From: Planctomycetota bacterium
Lineage (GTDB): Bacteria > Planctomycetota > UBA1135 > UBA2386
Assembly (NCBI GenBank): GCA_016794425.1
Contig: JAEUHR010000025.1
Location: 155,041 to 219,040 of the forward strand
Length of the DNA: 64,000 nt
Reading direction: 5' to 3'
The translations under genes were made by a program, and so were the position numbers. The first letter of the stretch is position 1. Each line of letters starts with the position of its first letter. The notes beneath the pieces are model-generated. The model had not been told where the DNA came from. It did not search any database and saw only the letters and a list, made by a program, of their open reading frames with translations. Of this stretch, positions 52,352-60,823 are shown one piece after another.

Positions 52352-55072
52352 ATGCCGACCGTCGCCTCGTTGGTAGTGCCGTTCGTTCTCGCCGCCGTCG
52401 CCGTTGCGCAGGTGCCCGAGCCCGACGCGGCGCCGAAGCCGCTGCCGTTCGCGCCGGGCGTGACCTACGACCCGGCGATCCCGACGCTCGAACAGGTCAC
52501 CGGCCACGCGCCGGGCGCCGAGGTCAGTTCGCACGCCGACGTCGAACGCTACCTGCGCGCGCTGGCGGCGGCGTCGCCGCGGATCCGGCTGGTCGACTAC
52601 GGCGCCAGCTGGGAGGGGCGCACGTTGTGGTACGCGATCGTCGGCGCGCCGGTGCAGGTCGCGCGCGCCGGCGAGATCCAGGCGGCGATGCAGCGGCTCG
52701 CCGATCCGCGCGGCATGCAGGACGGCGACGTCGAGGCGCTGATCGCTGACCTGCCGGCGGTGGGCTGGCTCGCCAACTGCGTGCACGGCGACGAGCCGTC
52801 GGGAACCGACGCGGCGCTGCTGGTGCTCTACCACCTGCTGGCGGCGCAGAACGACCCGGTGGTCGACAAGGTGCTCGCCGAGTGCCTGGTGCTGATCGAT
52901 CCGCTGCAGAACCCCGACGGCCGCGACCGCTTCGTGCACTCGACGCGGGCCGCGCGCGGCCGCTTCGCCGATGCGACGCCGCTCGGCGCCGAACACAGCC
53001 AGCCGTGGCCGGGCGGCCGCAGCAACCACGCGCTGTTCGACATGAACCGCGACTGGTTCGCGCTGTCGCAGCCGGAGACGCAGGCGCGCGTGCGGGCGTT
53101 CCTGGCCTGGTGGCCGCTGGTCTACGTCGACCTGCACGAGATGGGCGGCGACTCGACCTACTACTTCCCGCCGCCGGCCGCGCCGGTGCACGGCGAGATC
53201 ACCGCCGGCCAGCGCGCGTGGCTGTCGCGCTACGGCCGCAACAACGCGCGCTGGTTCGACCGCTTCGGCTTCGACTACTTCACGCGCGAGGCCTACGACT
53301 CGTTCTACCCCGGCTACGGCGAAGGCTGGCCGACCTTCCACGGCAGCATCGGCATGACGTTCGAGATGGCGAGCGCGCGTGGGCTGGTGTTCCGCCGCCG
53401 CGACGACAGCCTGTTGTGGTACCGCGACGGCGTGCACCGGCACTTCGTCGCGTCGATGGCGACGCTCGAGACGCTGGCGAACGGCCGCGCCGAGGCGCAG
53501 CGGTCGTTCGTGCAGCACCGCCGCGCCGGCATCGCGCGCGGCGAGGCGGGGCCGATCAAGGAATACGTGTTCCCCGACACCGGCGATCGCACGCGGCTGG
53601 CGCGGCTCGCCAACCTGCTGCTGGCGCAGGGCATCGAGGTCCAGCGCGCCACCGGCGAGCTGCGCGCCAGCGCGGTGCCGCTCGGCCGGCCCGCGGCCGA
53701 GGCCGGCGACCGCACGTTCGCGGCCGGCGCCTACGTCGTGTCGCTGGCGCAGCCGGCCAGCACGCTGGCGCACGTGCTGCTCGAGCCGCACTTCGACATG
53801 GACCGAGCGTTCGTCGACGAACAGAAGCGGCGCGAGGCGCGTCGGCTCGGCACCGAGTTCTACGACCTGACCGCGTGGTCGCTGCCGCTGCTGTTCGGTG
53901 TCGAAGCGTGGGCGACCACGGCCGTCGCGACCGGCGACCGCGCGCCGCTCGGCGTCGGTGCGGCGGCCAGCGGCGCCGCGCCGCTGCGTGCACAGCCGCC
54001 GCAGGTCGCCTACGTGGTCGCGTGGGGCCAGAACGGCGCCGCGGCGCTGCTGGCCGAACTGCTGCGGCTGGGCGTCAAGGTGCGGAGCCTCGACCGCGCG
54101 TTCACGCTCGACGGCGTCGAGTATCCGGCCGGCTCGTACGTGATCCGCGTGCACGACCAGCCCGACGGCCTGCACGCGCGGCTCGCGCAGCTGGCGGCGG
54201 CGCACGGCGTCACGCCGTACTGCGCCGACAGCTCGTGGATCGAGCAGGGCATCAGCCTCGGCAGCGGCCACGCGCTGGCGCTGAAGGTGCCGCGCGTCGT
54301 GATGGCGTGGGACCGGCCGGTCAACCCGTACTCGGCCGGTTGGGTGCGCTACCTGCTCGAGCAGCGCTACGGCGTGCCGGTGACGCCGGTGCGCACGCAC
54401 CAGCTCGACGACGTCGAACTCGACCGCTTCACGGTGCTGATCCTGCCCGAGGCCGACGGCTACGGCCGCGCGCTCGGCGAGCGCGGCATCGCGGCGGTCA
54501 AGGGCTTCGTCGAACGCGGCGGCGTGCTGGTCACGTTCGGCTCGGCGACGCGCTGGTTGTGCGAGAAGGAGGTCGGCCTGCTGGCCAGCGAGGCCGAGCC
54601 GCGCGTGAAGCCGGAGGCGCCGAAGCCGAAGGCGAACGACGCGGCCGACGCGGCACCCGAGGCGAAACCCGACGCGCCGTTCGACTACGGCAAGGCGATC
54701 CGGCCCGACAAGGAAGCGCCGCCGGCCGTGCCGGGCGCGATCCTGCGCGTCACCGTCGACCCGGACCACTGGCTCGGTTTCGGCTACCGCGGCAGCGCCA
54801 ACGTCGTGCACGACTCGAGCCACGTGTTCACGCCGGTCAAGCTCGACCGCGGCACCAACGTCGCGATCTACGCCGAGGCCGAGCAACTGGTGCTGGCCGG
54901 TTTCGTCTGGGACGAGAGCCGGCGGCTCTTGCCGCAGAAGGCGTTCCTCGTGCACCAGCCGCACGGCAAGGGCCACGTCGTCGCGTTCGCCGAGGATCCC
55001 AACGTGCGGGCGTTCGCCGACGGGCTCAACCTGTTCCTGCTGAACGCGGTGCTGCTGACCGCCGGCCGCTAG
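52352..55072 (+). CDS. M14-family zinc carboxypeptidase with a long C-terminal extension (906 aa)
   Basis: Signal MPTVASLVVPFVLAAVAVAQ. The zinc/catalytic region LANCVHGDEPSGTDAALLVLYHL...LIDPLQNPDGRDRF...DLHEMGG fits HxxE...NPDG...H of M14. The C-terminal two-thirds are unassigned. Confidence 0.85.
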   Translation: MPTVASLVVPFVLAAVAVAQVPEPDAAPKPLPFAPGVTYDPAIPTLEQVTGHAPGAEVSSHADVERYLRALAAASPRIRLVDYGASWEGRTLWYAIVGAPVQVARAGEIQAAMQRLADPRGMQDGDVEALIADLPAVGWLANCVHGDEPSGTDAALLVLYHLLAAQNDPVVDKVLAECLVLIDPLQNPDGRDRFVHSTRAARGRFADATPLGAEHSQPWPGGRSNHALFDMNRDWFALSQPETQARVRAFLAWWPLVYVDLHEMGGDSTYYFPPPAAPVHGEITAGQRAWLSRYGRNNARWFDRFGFDYFTREAYDSFYPGYGEGWPTFHGSIGMTFEMASARGLVFRRRDDSLLWYRDGVHRHFVASMATLETLANGRAEAQRSFVQHRRAGIARGEAGPIKEYVFPDTGDRTRLARLANLLLAQGIEVQRATGELRASAVPLGRPAAEAGDRTFAAGAYVVSLAQPASTLAHVLLEPHFDMDRAFVDEQKRREARRLGTEFYDLTAWSLPLLFGVEAWATTAVATGDRAPLGVGAAASGAAPLRAQPPQVAYVVAWGQNGAAALLAELLRLGVKVRSLDRAFTLDGVEYPAGSYVIRVHDQPDGLHARLAQLAAAHGVTPYCADSSWIEQGISLGSGHALALKVPRVVMAWDRPVNPYSAGWVRYLLEQRYGVPVTPVRTHQLDDVELDRFTVLILPEADGYGRALGERGIAAVKGFVERGGVLVTFGSATRWLCEKEVGLLASEAEPRVKPEAPKPKANDAADAAPEAKPDAPFDYGKAIRPDKEAPPAVPGAILRVTVDPDHWLGFGYRGSANVVHDSSHVFTPVKLDRGTNVAIYAEAEQLVLAGFVWDESRRLLPQKAFLVHQPHGKGHVVAFAEDPNVRAFADGLNLFLLNAVLLTAGR

Positions 55073-56175
55073 CGCACGATGCCGCCGACGACCGGTGCGA
55101 CCTGCCACGGGAAGGTCGGTTCGACCGTGATCGCCTGCAGCCACAGCGGCGTGTCGACGAACTGGCCCGCCGGCAGGTTCCAGCTGGCGCCGGCGGCGCC
55201 GGTGGCGTCGGTGGCGTAGAGGCCGACGAACCAGGCCGTCGCCAGGTCGAGCTGCAGCGGCTGCTCGAACAGCGCCGGCAGCGCGGTCGTCGCGACACCG
55301 GGGCTCGCGTGCAGCGCGACGAACTGGAACGGGGCGCCCTGGAACTGCAGCGAGTAGGTGGCACCGCTCTGCAATGGCGATGGCGCGTGGACGCCGAGCA
55401 GCGTCGGTCCGGGTGCCGACGTCGCGCAGTTGGTCGCGGTCGTCGGCGACAGCGTGCAGCGCTCGTAGCGCACGGTCGAGCCGATGGCGACGATCGGGCA
55501 CTGGCTCGGACCGGCCTCGATCGTCGAGTCGCTGAGCCAGACCGCGCTGCCCGCGGTGGCGAAGATGCCGAGGCCGCCACTGAACGCGTCGACCGGGAAC
55601 GAGCAGCCGCTGGCGACGAACTGCGAACCGATCAATCGCACGGCGACCGGCGCGAAGAACGCGCCCGCAGCCGTGAACGACGTGTCGACTGCGGTCAGGT
55701 GCGTGTTCTCGGCCTGCGTGCCGACCTGGCCGAAGGCCGTGGAGCCGAACAGCGAGGTCAGCGCGCAACCGACGAGGTGCACGCTGCAGTCCTTCGCCGA
55801 CAGCGCCGGATTGGTACCGCCGAACGCGGGCAGGATGGTGCAGTGGGACAGCGTCACCCGGCCCGAGCGGACGTCGACCGAGCCGGTGAAGGTCACGCCG
55901 TCGACGTGCAGGTTCTGGCCGGGCGGCACGTTCCAGGACGGTGGCGTCATGTGCTGCACCTGGACCGTGCCCAAGGCGCGGATCGTGACGCCGATGTCGG
56001 CGTCGATGGCCTCGGCATAGCTGCCGGGCTGGACCAGCAGCACGTCGCCGGGCGCTGCGGCCGCGAGCGCGGCTGCGAACGTGGCAAAGCCACCGGGGCC
56101 GACGAGGTGCGTCGTTTGCGACGGCAGAGCGACGGTGGTGGCGAAGAGCAGACAGCAGGTGAAGGGGCAGCGCAT
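55069..56175 (-). CDS. Secreted right-handed beta-helix (pectate-lyase-fold-like) protein with the recurrent C-terminal module
   Basis: The start MRCPFTCCLLFATTVALPSQ is at 56175. Repetitive short strands with Cys/Gly turns (VTFTGSVDVRSGRVTLSHCTI, CSVHLVGCAL, LIGSQFVASGCSF, VWLSDSTIEAG). C-terminus ...YATDATGAAGASWNLPAGQFVDTPLWLQAITVEP.... Its stop shares the palindrome CTAG (55069-72) with the M14 stop. Confidence 0.65.
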   Translation of the reverse strand: MRCPFTCCLLFATTVALPSQTTHLVGPGGFATFAAALAAAAPGDVLLVQPGSYAEAIDADIGVTIRALGTVQVQHMTPPSWNVPPGQNLHVDGVTFTGSVDVRSGRVTLSHCTILPAFGGTNPALSAKDCSVHLVGCALTSLFGSTAFGQVGTQAENTHLTAVDTSFTAAGAFFAPVAVRLIGSQFVASGCSFPVDAFSGGLGIFATAGSAVWLSDSTIEAGPSQCPIVAIGSTVRYERCTLSPTTATNCATSAPGPTLLGVHAPSPLQSGATYSLQFQGAPFQFVALHASPGVATTALPALFEQPLQLDLATAWFVGLYATDATGAAGASWNLPAGQFVDTPLWLQAITVEPTFPWQVAPVVGGIVR

Positions 56176-56381
56176 GGGTGGATTCGGGCGAGTCAGCCGA
56201 CGGGCGCGGTGCTGCAAGCAGCAGGCCACGCACTTCCACTCGCGCGCCGGGACGGTACGCGGCTCGGACCGCCACCGCAACCAGCCGGCACCGCGCGCGG
56301 CGTCTGCCCGCGAAGCGGCGGAATCCGCGAACGCAACGGTCGACCGGTCCGCTGCTCGGACGGAGGCGCCGCGCACCACCC

Positions 56382-57998
56382 ATGAAGAGACTACCGTCCG
56401 GCTTCCTGTTCCTGCTCGCAGCGGCTGCGCTGCCTGGCCCGGTGGCGGCCCAACTGGTCGGTTCCGCGTTCCAGGTGGCCGCCGGCACCACGCTCGAGCA
56501 TCCGGCGGTCGCCTACGGCGCCGGTTCGGGCAATCAGTACCTGGTCGTCTGGCTCGCCCCGACCGCGACCACGACCGCCGAGCTGCGTGGGCAGTTCGTC
56601 GGTTTCGCCGGAACGCCGACCGGCGCGCCGTTCGTGATCGAGGCCGCCGTCGACCGCGCCGTGCCGCCCGCGCTCTGCCACGTGCGGCGGACCGACGAAT
56701 TCGTGGTCGGCTACCGCCGCCGCGCGCTCGGCACGTTCTCGGACACCAATTGGTATGTGCGGACCATCGCCGCCGCGGGCGGTGCGGTCTCGAACCGCGA
56801 AGTGGTGCCGTTCGACGCGGCGACCACCGGCGAACTGACCGAACTGGTGCTCGGCGGCGACGCGCGCGTGCTGCTGCTCTTGCCGGACGATCGGGCGCTG
56901 CTGGTCGTGCGGCGCGCCGGTCCGACCGGCGGGCAGCCGTCGATTGCGTACGCGCTGGTGACCACGCTCGGTGCCGATCCGGTGGTCGGCACGTTCACGA
57001 CGCTCTCGTCGCCGGGCGTGCCGGTCGGCGACATCGCAGTGACCGAACGCGCCGGCGACGAGTTCGCCGGCCACTGGCTCGTCGTGTGGTGCCAGAGCGT
57101 GGGGCTGTCGCCCTTCACCAGCGTGCGCGGACGCCTGGTCGACACCGACGGCGTCGCGTGCGGGGCGTCGACGACGCTGCACACCGGGCTCGTGTCGGTG
57201 CGCAATCCGACCGTCGCGGTGCGCGACACCGACGAGTTCGCGGTGGCGTGGGAACACGGCGCCGACATCCGCGTGCGCTCGGTCGCGTTCACCGGCACCT
57301 GCGCGGCACCGGCGTTCACGCTCGGCACGACCGTCGATCCGACCTCCGGCACCGACAACAGCGAGCCCGCGCTGGCGTTCGCGCGCGACAAGTTCCTGCT
57401 GGCGTGGCGGCGCTCGCCGACGCCGTTCCCGGCCGGCATCCTGGTGCGCGGCCTCGATCCGGACGCATGCATCGCCTGCGGCCAGGAGTGGGCGCCGTCC
57501 TATCCGGTGGCAGCCCAGGGGCAGCCGGCGCTCGGCGCACGCTACGCGGCCGGCGACCTGACCAGCGACGAAGCGCTCACGGTCTGGGCCGACGGCGCGA
57601 TCGTGGCGCGGCGGTTCGAGGCGATGGCCGAGGACCTCGTGCTCAACCTCGGCGGCGGCTGCACCAACACCGGCTACGCCAACGCCGCGACGCACGACGG
57701 CGAGTGCGTGATCGGCAACGACAGCTTCCGGCTCGTGCTCGGTGCGCCGACCGTGCCGGCGCTGGCGCTGATCGTCGGCTTCAGCGCGATCTCGTTCCCG
57801 TGCGGCGCGTGCACGATCGTGCCGTCGCCGGACCTGCTGCTGCCCGGCGCCACGCCGACCACGGTGCCGATCCCGTGCGACACGATGCTGATCGGCACCC
57901 ACCTGTGGTCGCAGTGGCTGCTGCTGAAGCCGAGCACGTGCCCGCTGCTGCCCGACTTCTCGTTCACCAACGCGCTGCGCTTCACGATCGGCGAATGA
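56382..57998 (+). CDS. Secreted Cys-rich repeat protein of unknown function, tandem paralog A (538 aa)
   Basis: ATG 56382. Signal MKRLPSGFLFLLAAAALPGPVAAQ. Recurrent blade-like motifs (YLVVWLAP, FVVGYRR, ALLVVRR, WLVVWCQ, FAVAWEH, FLLAWRR, ALTVWAD). C-terminal module GGGCTNTG...CGACTIVPS...PCDTMLIGTHLWSQWLLLKPSTCPLLPDFSFTNALRFTIGE. Confidence 0.75.
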   Translation: MKRLPSGFLFLLAAAALPGPVAAQLVGSAFQVAAGTTLEHPAVAYGAGSGNQYLVVWLAPTATTTAELRGQFVGFAGTPTGAPFVIEAAVDRAVPPALCHVRRTDEFVVGYRRRALGTFSDTNWYVRTIAAAGGAVSNREVVPFDAATTGELTELVLGGDARVLLLLPDDRALLVVRRAGPTGGQPSIAYALVTTLGADPVVGTFTTLSSPGVPVGDIAVTERAGDEFAGHWLVVWCQSVGLSPFTSVRGRLVDTDGVACGASTTLHTGLVSVRNPTVAVRDTDEFAVAWEHGADIRVRSVAFTGTCAAPAFTLGTTVDPTSGTDNSEPALAFARDKFLLAWRRSPTPFPAGILVRGLDPDACIACGQEWAPSYPVAAQGQPALGARYAAGDLTSDEALTVWADGAIVARRFEAMAEDLVLNLGGGCTNTGYANAATHDGECVIGNDSFRLVLGAPTVPALALIVGFSAISFPCGACTIVPSPDLLLPGATPTTVPIPCDTMLIGTHLWSQWLLLKPSTCPLLPDFSFTNALRFTIGE

Positions 57999-58045
57999 GC
58001 CGGCGCCGCGGCGATCGTCGACCGTCCGGATCCACGGTACTTCCC

Positions 58046-59668
58046 ATGAACCTCTTCGCATCCTGCCGTCTCGCCGCGTTCGCGCTGTCGTGCGTGGCAC
58101 CTCTCGCCGCGCAACTGGTCGGGCCGCCGTTCCAGGTCAGCGTGCACGGGTCCGTGCGTGACCACGCGGTCGCGTTCGACAACGCCGCGCAGCGCTACCT
58201 GGTGGTCTACTCGGTGCCGACCGGGGCCACGACCGCCGAGATCTACGGCCAGTTCCTGTCCACGACCGGCGGTGCGTTCGGCTTCCCGGTGCTGATCGAA
58301 GCCGATGCCGACCTCGCGGTGCCGCCGGTGGTCTGCAACGTGAACCGCACCGACAAGTTCGTCGTCGGCTACCGCCGCAACTTCACCGCCGGCACGATCC
58401 CGGTCAGCGACACGAACTGGTACGTGCGCACGCTCGTCTTCGGTGCGGTCTCCAACCGCGAACTGGTGCCGTTCGACGCCTCGACCACGGGGCCACTGAC
58501 CGAACTAGTGCTCGGCGGCGATGCGCGCCACGACCCGTTCCAGGGCAACGACCATCGCGCGCTGCTGGTCGTGCGCCGCGCCGGCTCGGCCAGCGCGCTG
58601 CACTCGATCGCGTACGCGCTGGTCGACACGTCGGGCGCCGATCCGGTGCTGGGCGCGTTCACGACGCTGACCACGCCCGGGCTGCAGTTCGGCGACCTCG
58701 CGGTGACCGCGAACGCCGGCACGCTGGCCCCGGAGGTCGGCCGCTGGCTCGTCGTCTGGTGCCAGGGTGGTCTGTCGGGGTCGTACACGCAGGTGCGCGG
58801 CCGGCTGGTCGACACGCTCGGCGCCGTCTGCGGGCCGGTGGCCACGCTGTGGTCCGGCAGCACGCCGGTCGCGCGTCCGTCGGTCGCCGGCCGCACGGCC
58901 GCCGAGTACGCGGTCGCCTGGGAACAGGACGACGACGTTCGCGTGCGGACCGTCACGGTGGTCGGTGCCTGCGGCGCCAACACGTTCGCGACCGGCGACG
59001 TCGTCGACCCGACGTCCGACGGCGACAATTCGCACGCGGCACTCGTGCGCGGCCGGGAGAAGTACCTGCTCGCCTGGCGCCACTCGACCGCGTTCCTGCC
59101 GTCGACGGTGCTCGTGCGCGGCCTCGACCCGGCGACCTGCACCGTGTGTGGCCAGGAATGGGTGCTCGAGTACGACGACACGGCGCAGGCCACGCCGGCC
59201 GTGGTCGCCCGCGCGAGTGCGAACGACTTCGCCAGCCGCGAAGCGGTGGTCGTCTGGCGACAGGGCTCGGTGCGCGGTCGCTACGTCGAGACGATCGGCA
59301 ACGACCTCGTCGTCGACGTCGGCGGCGGCTGCACCGACACCGGTTTCGCGAACACCGCGTCGTGGTCCAGCGAAGCCGTGATCGGCAACCCGAACTTCCT
59401 GCTGACGATCGCGACGCCGACCGTGCCGGTGCTGGCGCTGATCGTCGGCCTGTCGTCGGTGAACCTGTCGTGCGGCAGCTGCACGCTGGTGCCGTCGCTC
59501 GACTTCGTGCTGCCCGGCGCGTCGCCGACGATCTTCGCGCTGCCGTGCGACCCGCTGCTGATCGGCGCCAACCTGTGGTCGCAGTGGCTGCTGTGGAAGC
59601 CCAGCGACTGCCCGATCCTGCCGGACTTCGCGTTCTCGAACGCGCTGCGGTTCACGATCGGCGAGTGA
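58046..59668 (+). CDS. Secreted Cys-rich repeat protein, tandem paralog B (540 aa)
   Basis: ATG 58046. Signal MNLFASCRLAAFALSCVAPLAAQ. It is collinear with paralog A along its whole length, and the last roughly 50 aa are nearly identical (...PCDPLLIGANLWSQWLLWKPSDCPILPDFAFSNALRFTIGE). Confidence 0.75.
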   Translation: MNLFASCRLAAFALSCVAPLAAQLVGPPFQVSVHGSVRDHAVAFDNAAQRYLVVYSVPTGATTAEIYGQFLSTTGGAFGFPVLIEADADLAVPPVVCNVNRTDKFVVGYRRNFTAGTIPVSDTNWYVRTLVFGAVSNRELVPFDASTTGPLTELVLGGDARHDPFQGNDHRALLVVRRAGSASALHSIAYALVDTSGADPVLGAFTTLTTPGLQFGDLAVTANAGTLAPEVGRWLVVWCQGGLSGSYTQVRGRLVDTLGAVCGPVATLWSGSTPVARPSVAGRTAAEYAVAWEQDDDVRVRTVTVVGACGANTFATGDVVDPTSDGDNSHAALVRGREKYLLAWRHSTAFLPSTVLVRGLDPATCTVCGQEWVLEYDDTAQATPAVVARASANDFASREAVVVWRQGSVRGRYVETIGNDLVVDVGGGCTDTGFANTASWSSEAVIGNPNFLLTIATPTVPVLALIVGLSSVNLSCGSCTLVPSLDFVLPGASPTIFALPCDPLLIGANLWSQWLLWKPSDCPILPDFAFSNALRFTIGE

Positions 59669-59739
59669 GCCGGGCGCGCGGGCCGCCGCCGGCCGCCGCG
59701 ATTCGCGACCCGAGGCTCACAATCGCGCCGGCTGCGTGG

Positions 59740-60792
59740 ATGATGCGCGGCCGTCCCGTGACCTCCGCCGCCGACGCTCCGATCCGCCCGCACACCAGGG
59801 TCGCCGCCATGGCCTTCGCCGTGGGGGTGGTGCTGCTGGCGACCAAGTTCTGGGCCTACGCGCTGACCGGCTCGCAGGCGATCTTCAGCGACGCGCTCGA
59901 GTCGATCGTCAACGTGATCGCCGGCGCGTTCGCGCTCGGCGTCGTGCACTACGCCGGCCAGCCCGCCGACCGCGACCATCCGTACGGCCACGGCAAGGTC
60001 GAGTTCCTGTCGGCGGCGTTCGAGGGCGCGCTGATCTTCGGCGCGGCGCTGGTGATCCTGTGGCAGGCCGGCGTCGCGCTGGTCGAAGGTGCCGCGCCGC
60101 AGCGCGTCGATCTGGGCCTGCTGCTGACCGTGGTGGCCGGCATCGCGAACGGCCTCTTGGGTGCGTTCCTGGTGCGCTTCGGCCGCCGCCACCACTCGGC
60201 CGCGATCGAGGCCGACGGGCACCACCTGCTGTCGGACTTCTGGACCAGCGTCGGCGTGATCGCCGGCCTCGTCGGTGTGCGGGTGACCGGGCTCGCCTGG
60301 TTCGATCCGATCGCCGCGGCGCTGGTCGCGCTGCTGCTGCTGCGCACCGGCTGGCAGCTGGTGCGGCGCGCGACCGGCGGCCTGCTCGACGAGGAGGATC
60401 CCGAACTGCTGCGCCGGCTGGTGCAGGTGCTGGCGCCGCGTGTGCGCGACGGGCTGATCCGCGTGCACCACCTGCGCGCGATCCGCAGCGGCCACTTCCG
60501 GCACATCAGCGCGCACCTCGTCGTGCCGGAGTTCTGGAGCGTCGAGCGCGCGCACGACGCCGCCGAAGCGCTGGCGGCCAGCGTGCTGGCGGAATTGCCG
60601 GGCGAGGGCCACATCGACTTCCACACCGACCCGTGCGAACGGGCCTACTGCGCCGGCTGCGACCTCGAGGCCTGTTCGGTGCGGCAGCAGCCGTTCGCCG
60701 GCGTGCGGCCGCTGACCGTCGACGAGGCGGTGCTGCCGGATCCCGACGTGCACCGCAGTGCCGCGATGGCGCCGCCCGGTCGCACCAAATAA
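59740..60792 (+). CDS. Cation diffusion facilitator (CDF) family metal efflux transporter
   Basis: TGSQAIFSDALESIVNVIAG...DRDHPYGHGKVEFL...EADGHHLLSDFWTSVGVI covers CDF TM helices with the metal-site His/Asp residues. The cytoplasmic C-domain is present. An extra Cys-rich tail is HTDPCERAYCAGCDLEAC. Confidence 0.85.
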   Translation: MMRGRPVTSAADAPIRPHTRVAAMAFAVGVVLLATKFWAYALTGSQAIFSDALESIVNVIAGAFALGVVHYAGQPADRDHPYGHGKVEFLSAAFEGALIFGAALVILWQAGVALVEGAAPQRVDLGLLLTVVAGIANGLLGAFLVRFGRRHHSAAIEADGHHLLSDFWTSVGVIAGLVGVRVTGLAWFDPIAAALVALLLLRTGWQLVRRATGGLLDEEDPELLRRLVQVLAPRVRDGLIRVHHLRAIRSGHFRHISAHLVVPEFWSVERAHDAAEALAASVLAELPGEGHIDFHTDPCERAYCAGCDLEACSVRQQPFAGVRPLTVDEAVLPDPDVHRSAAMAPPGRTK

Positions 60793-60823
60793 AACGCCGC
60801 GCGAACCGTCGAACGCACCCCGC

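Noticed and set aside
55069-55072. CTAG palindrome providing the stop codons of both convergent genes (M14 peptidase and the beta-helix protein).
   Set aside because: This is a curiosity of two convergent TAG stops overlapping. There is no indication of function.
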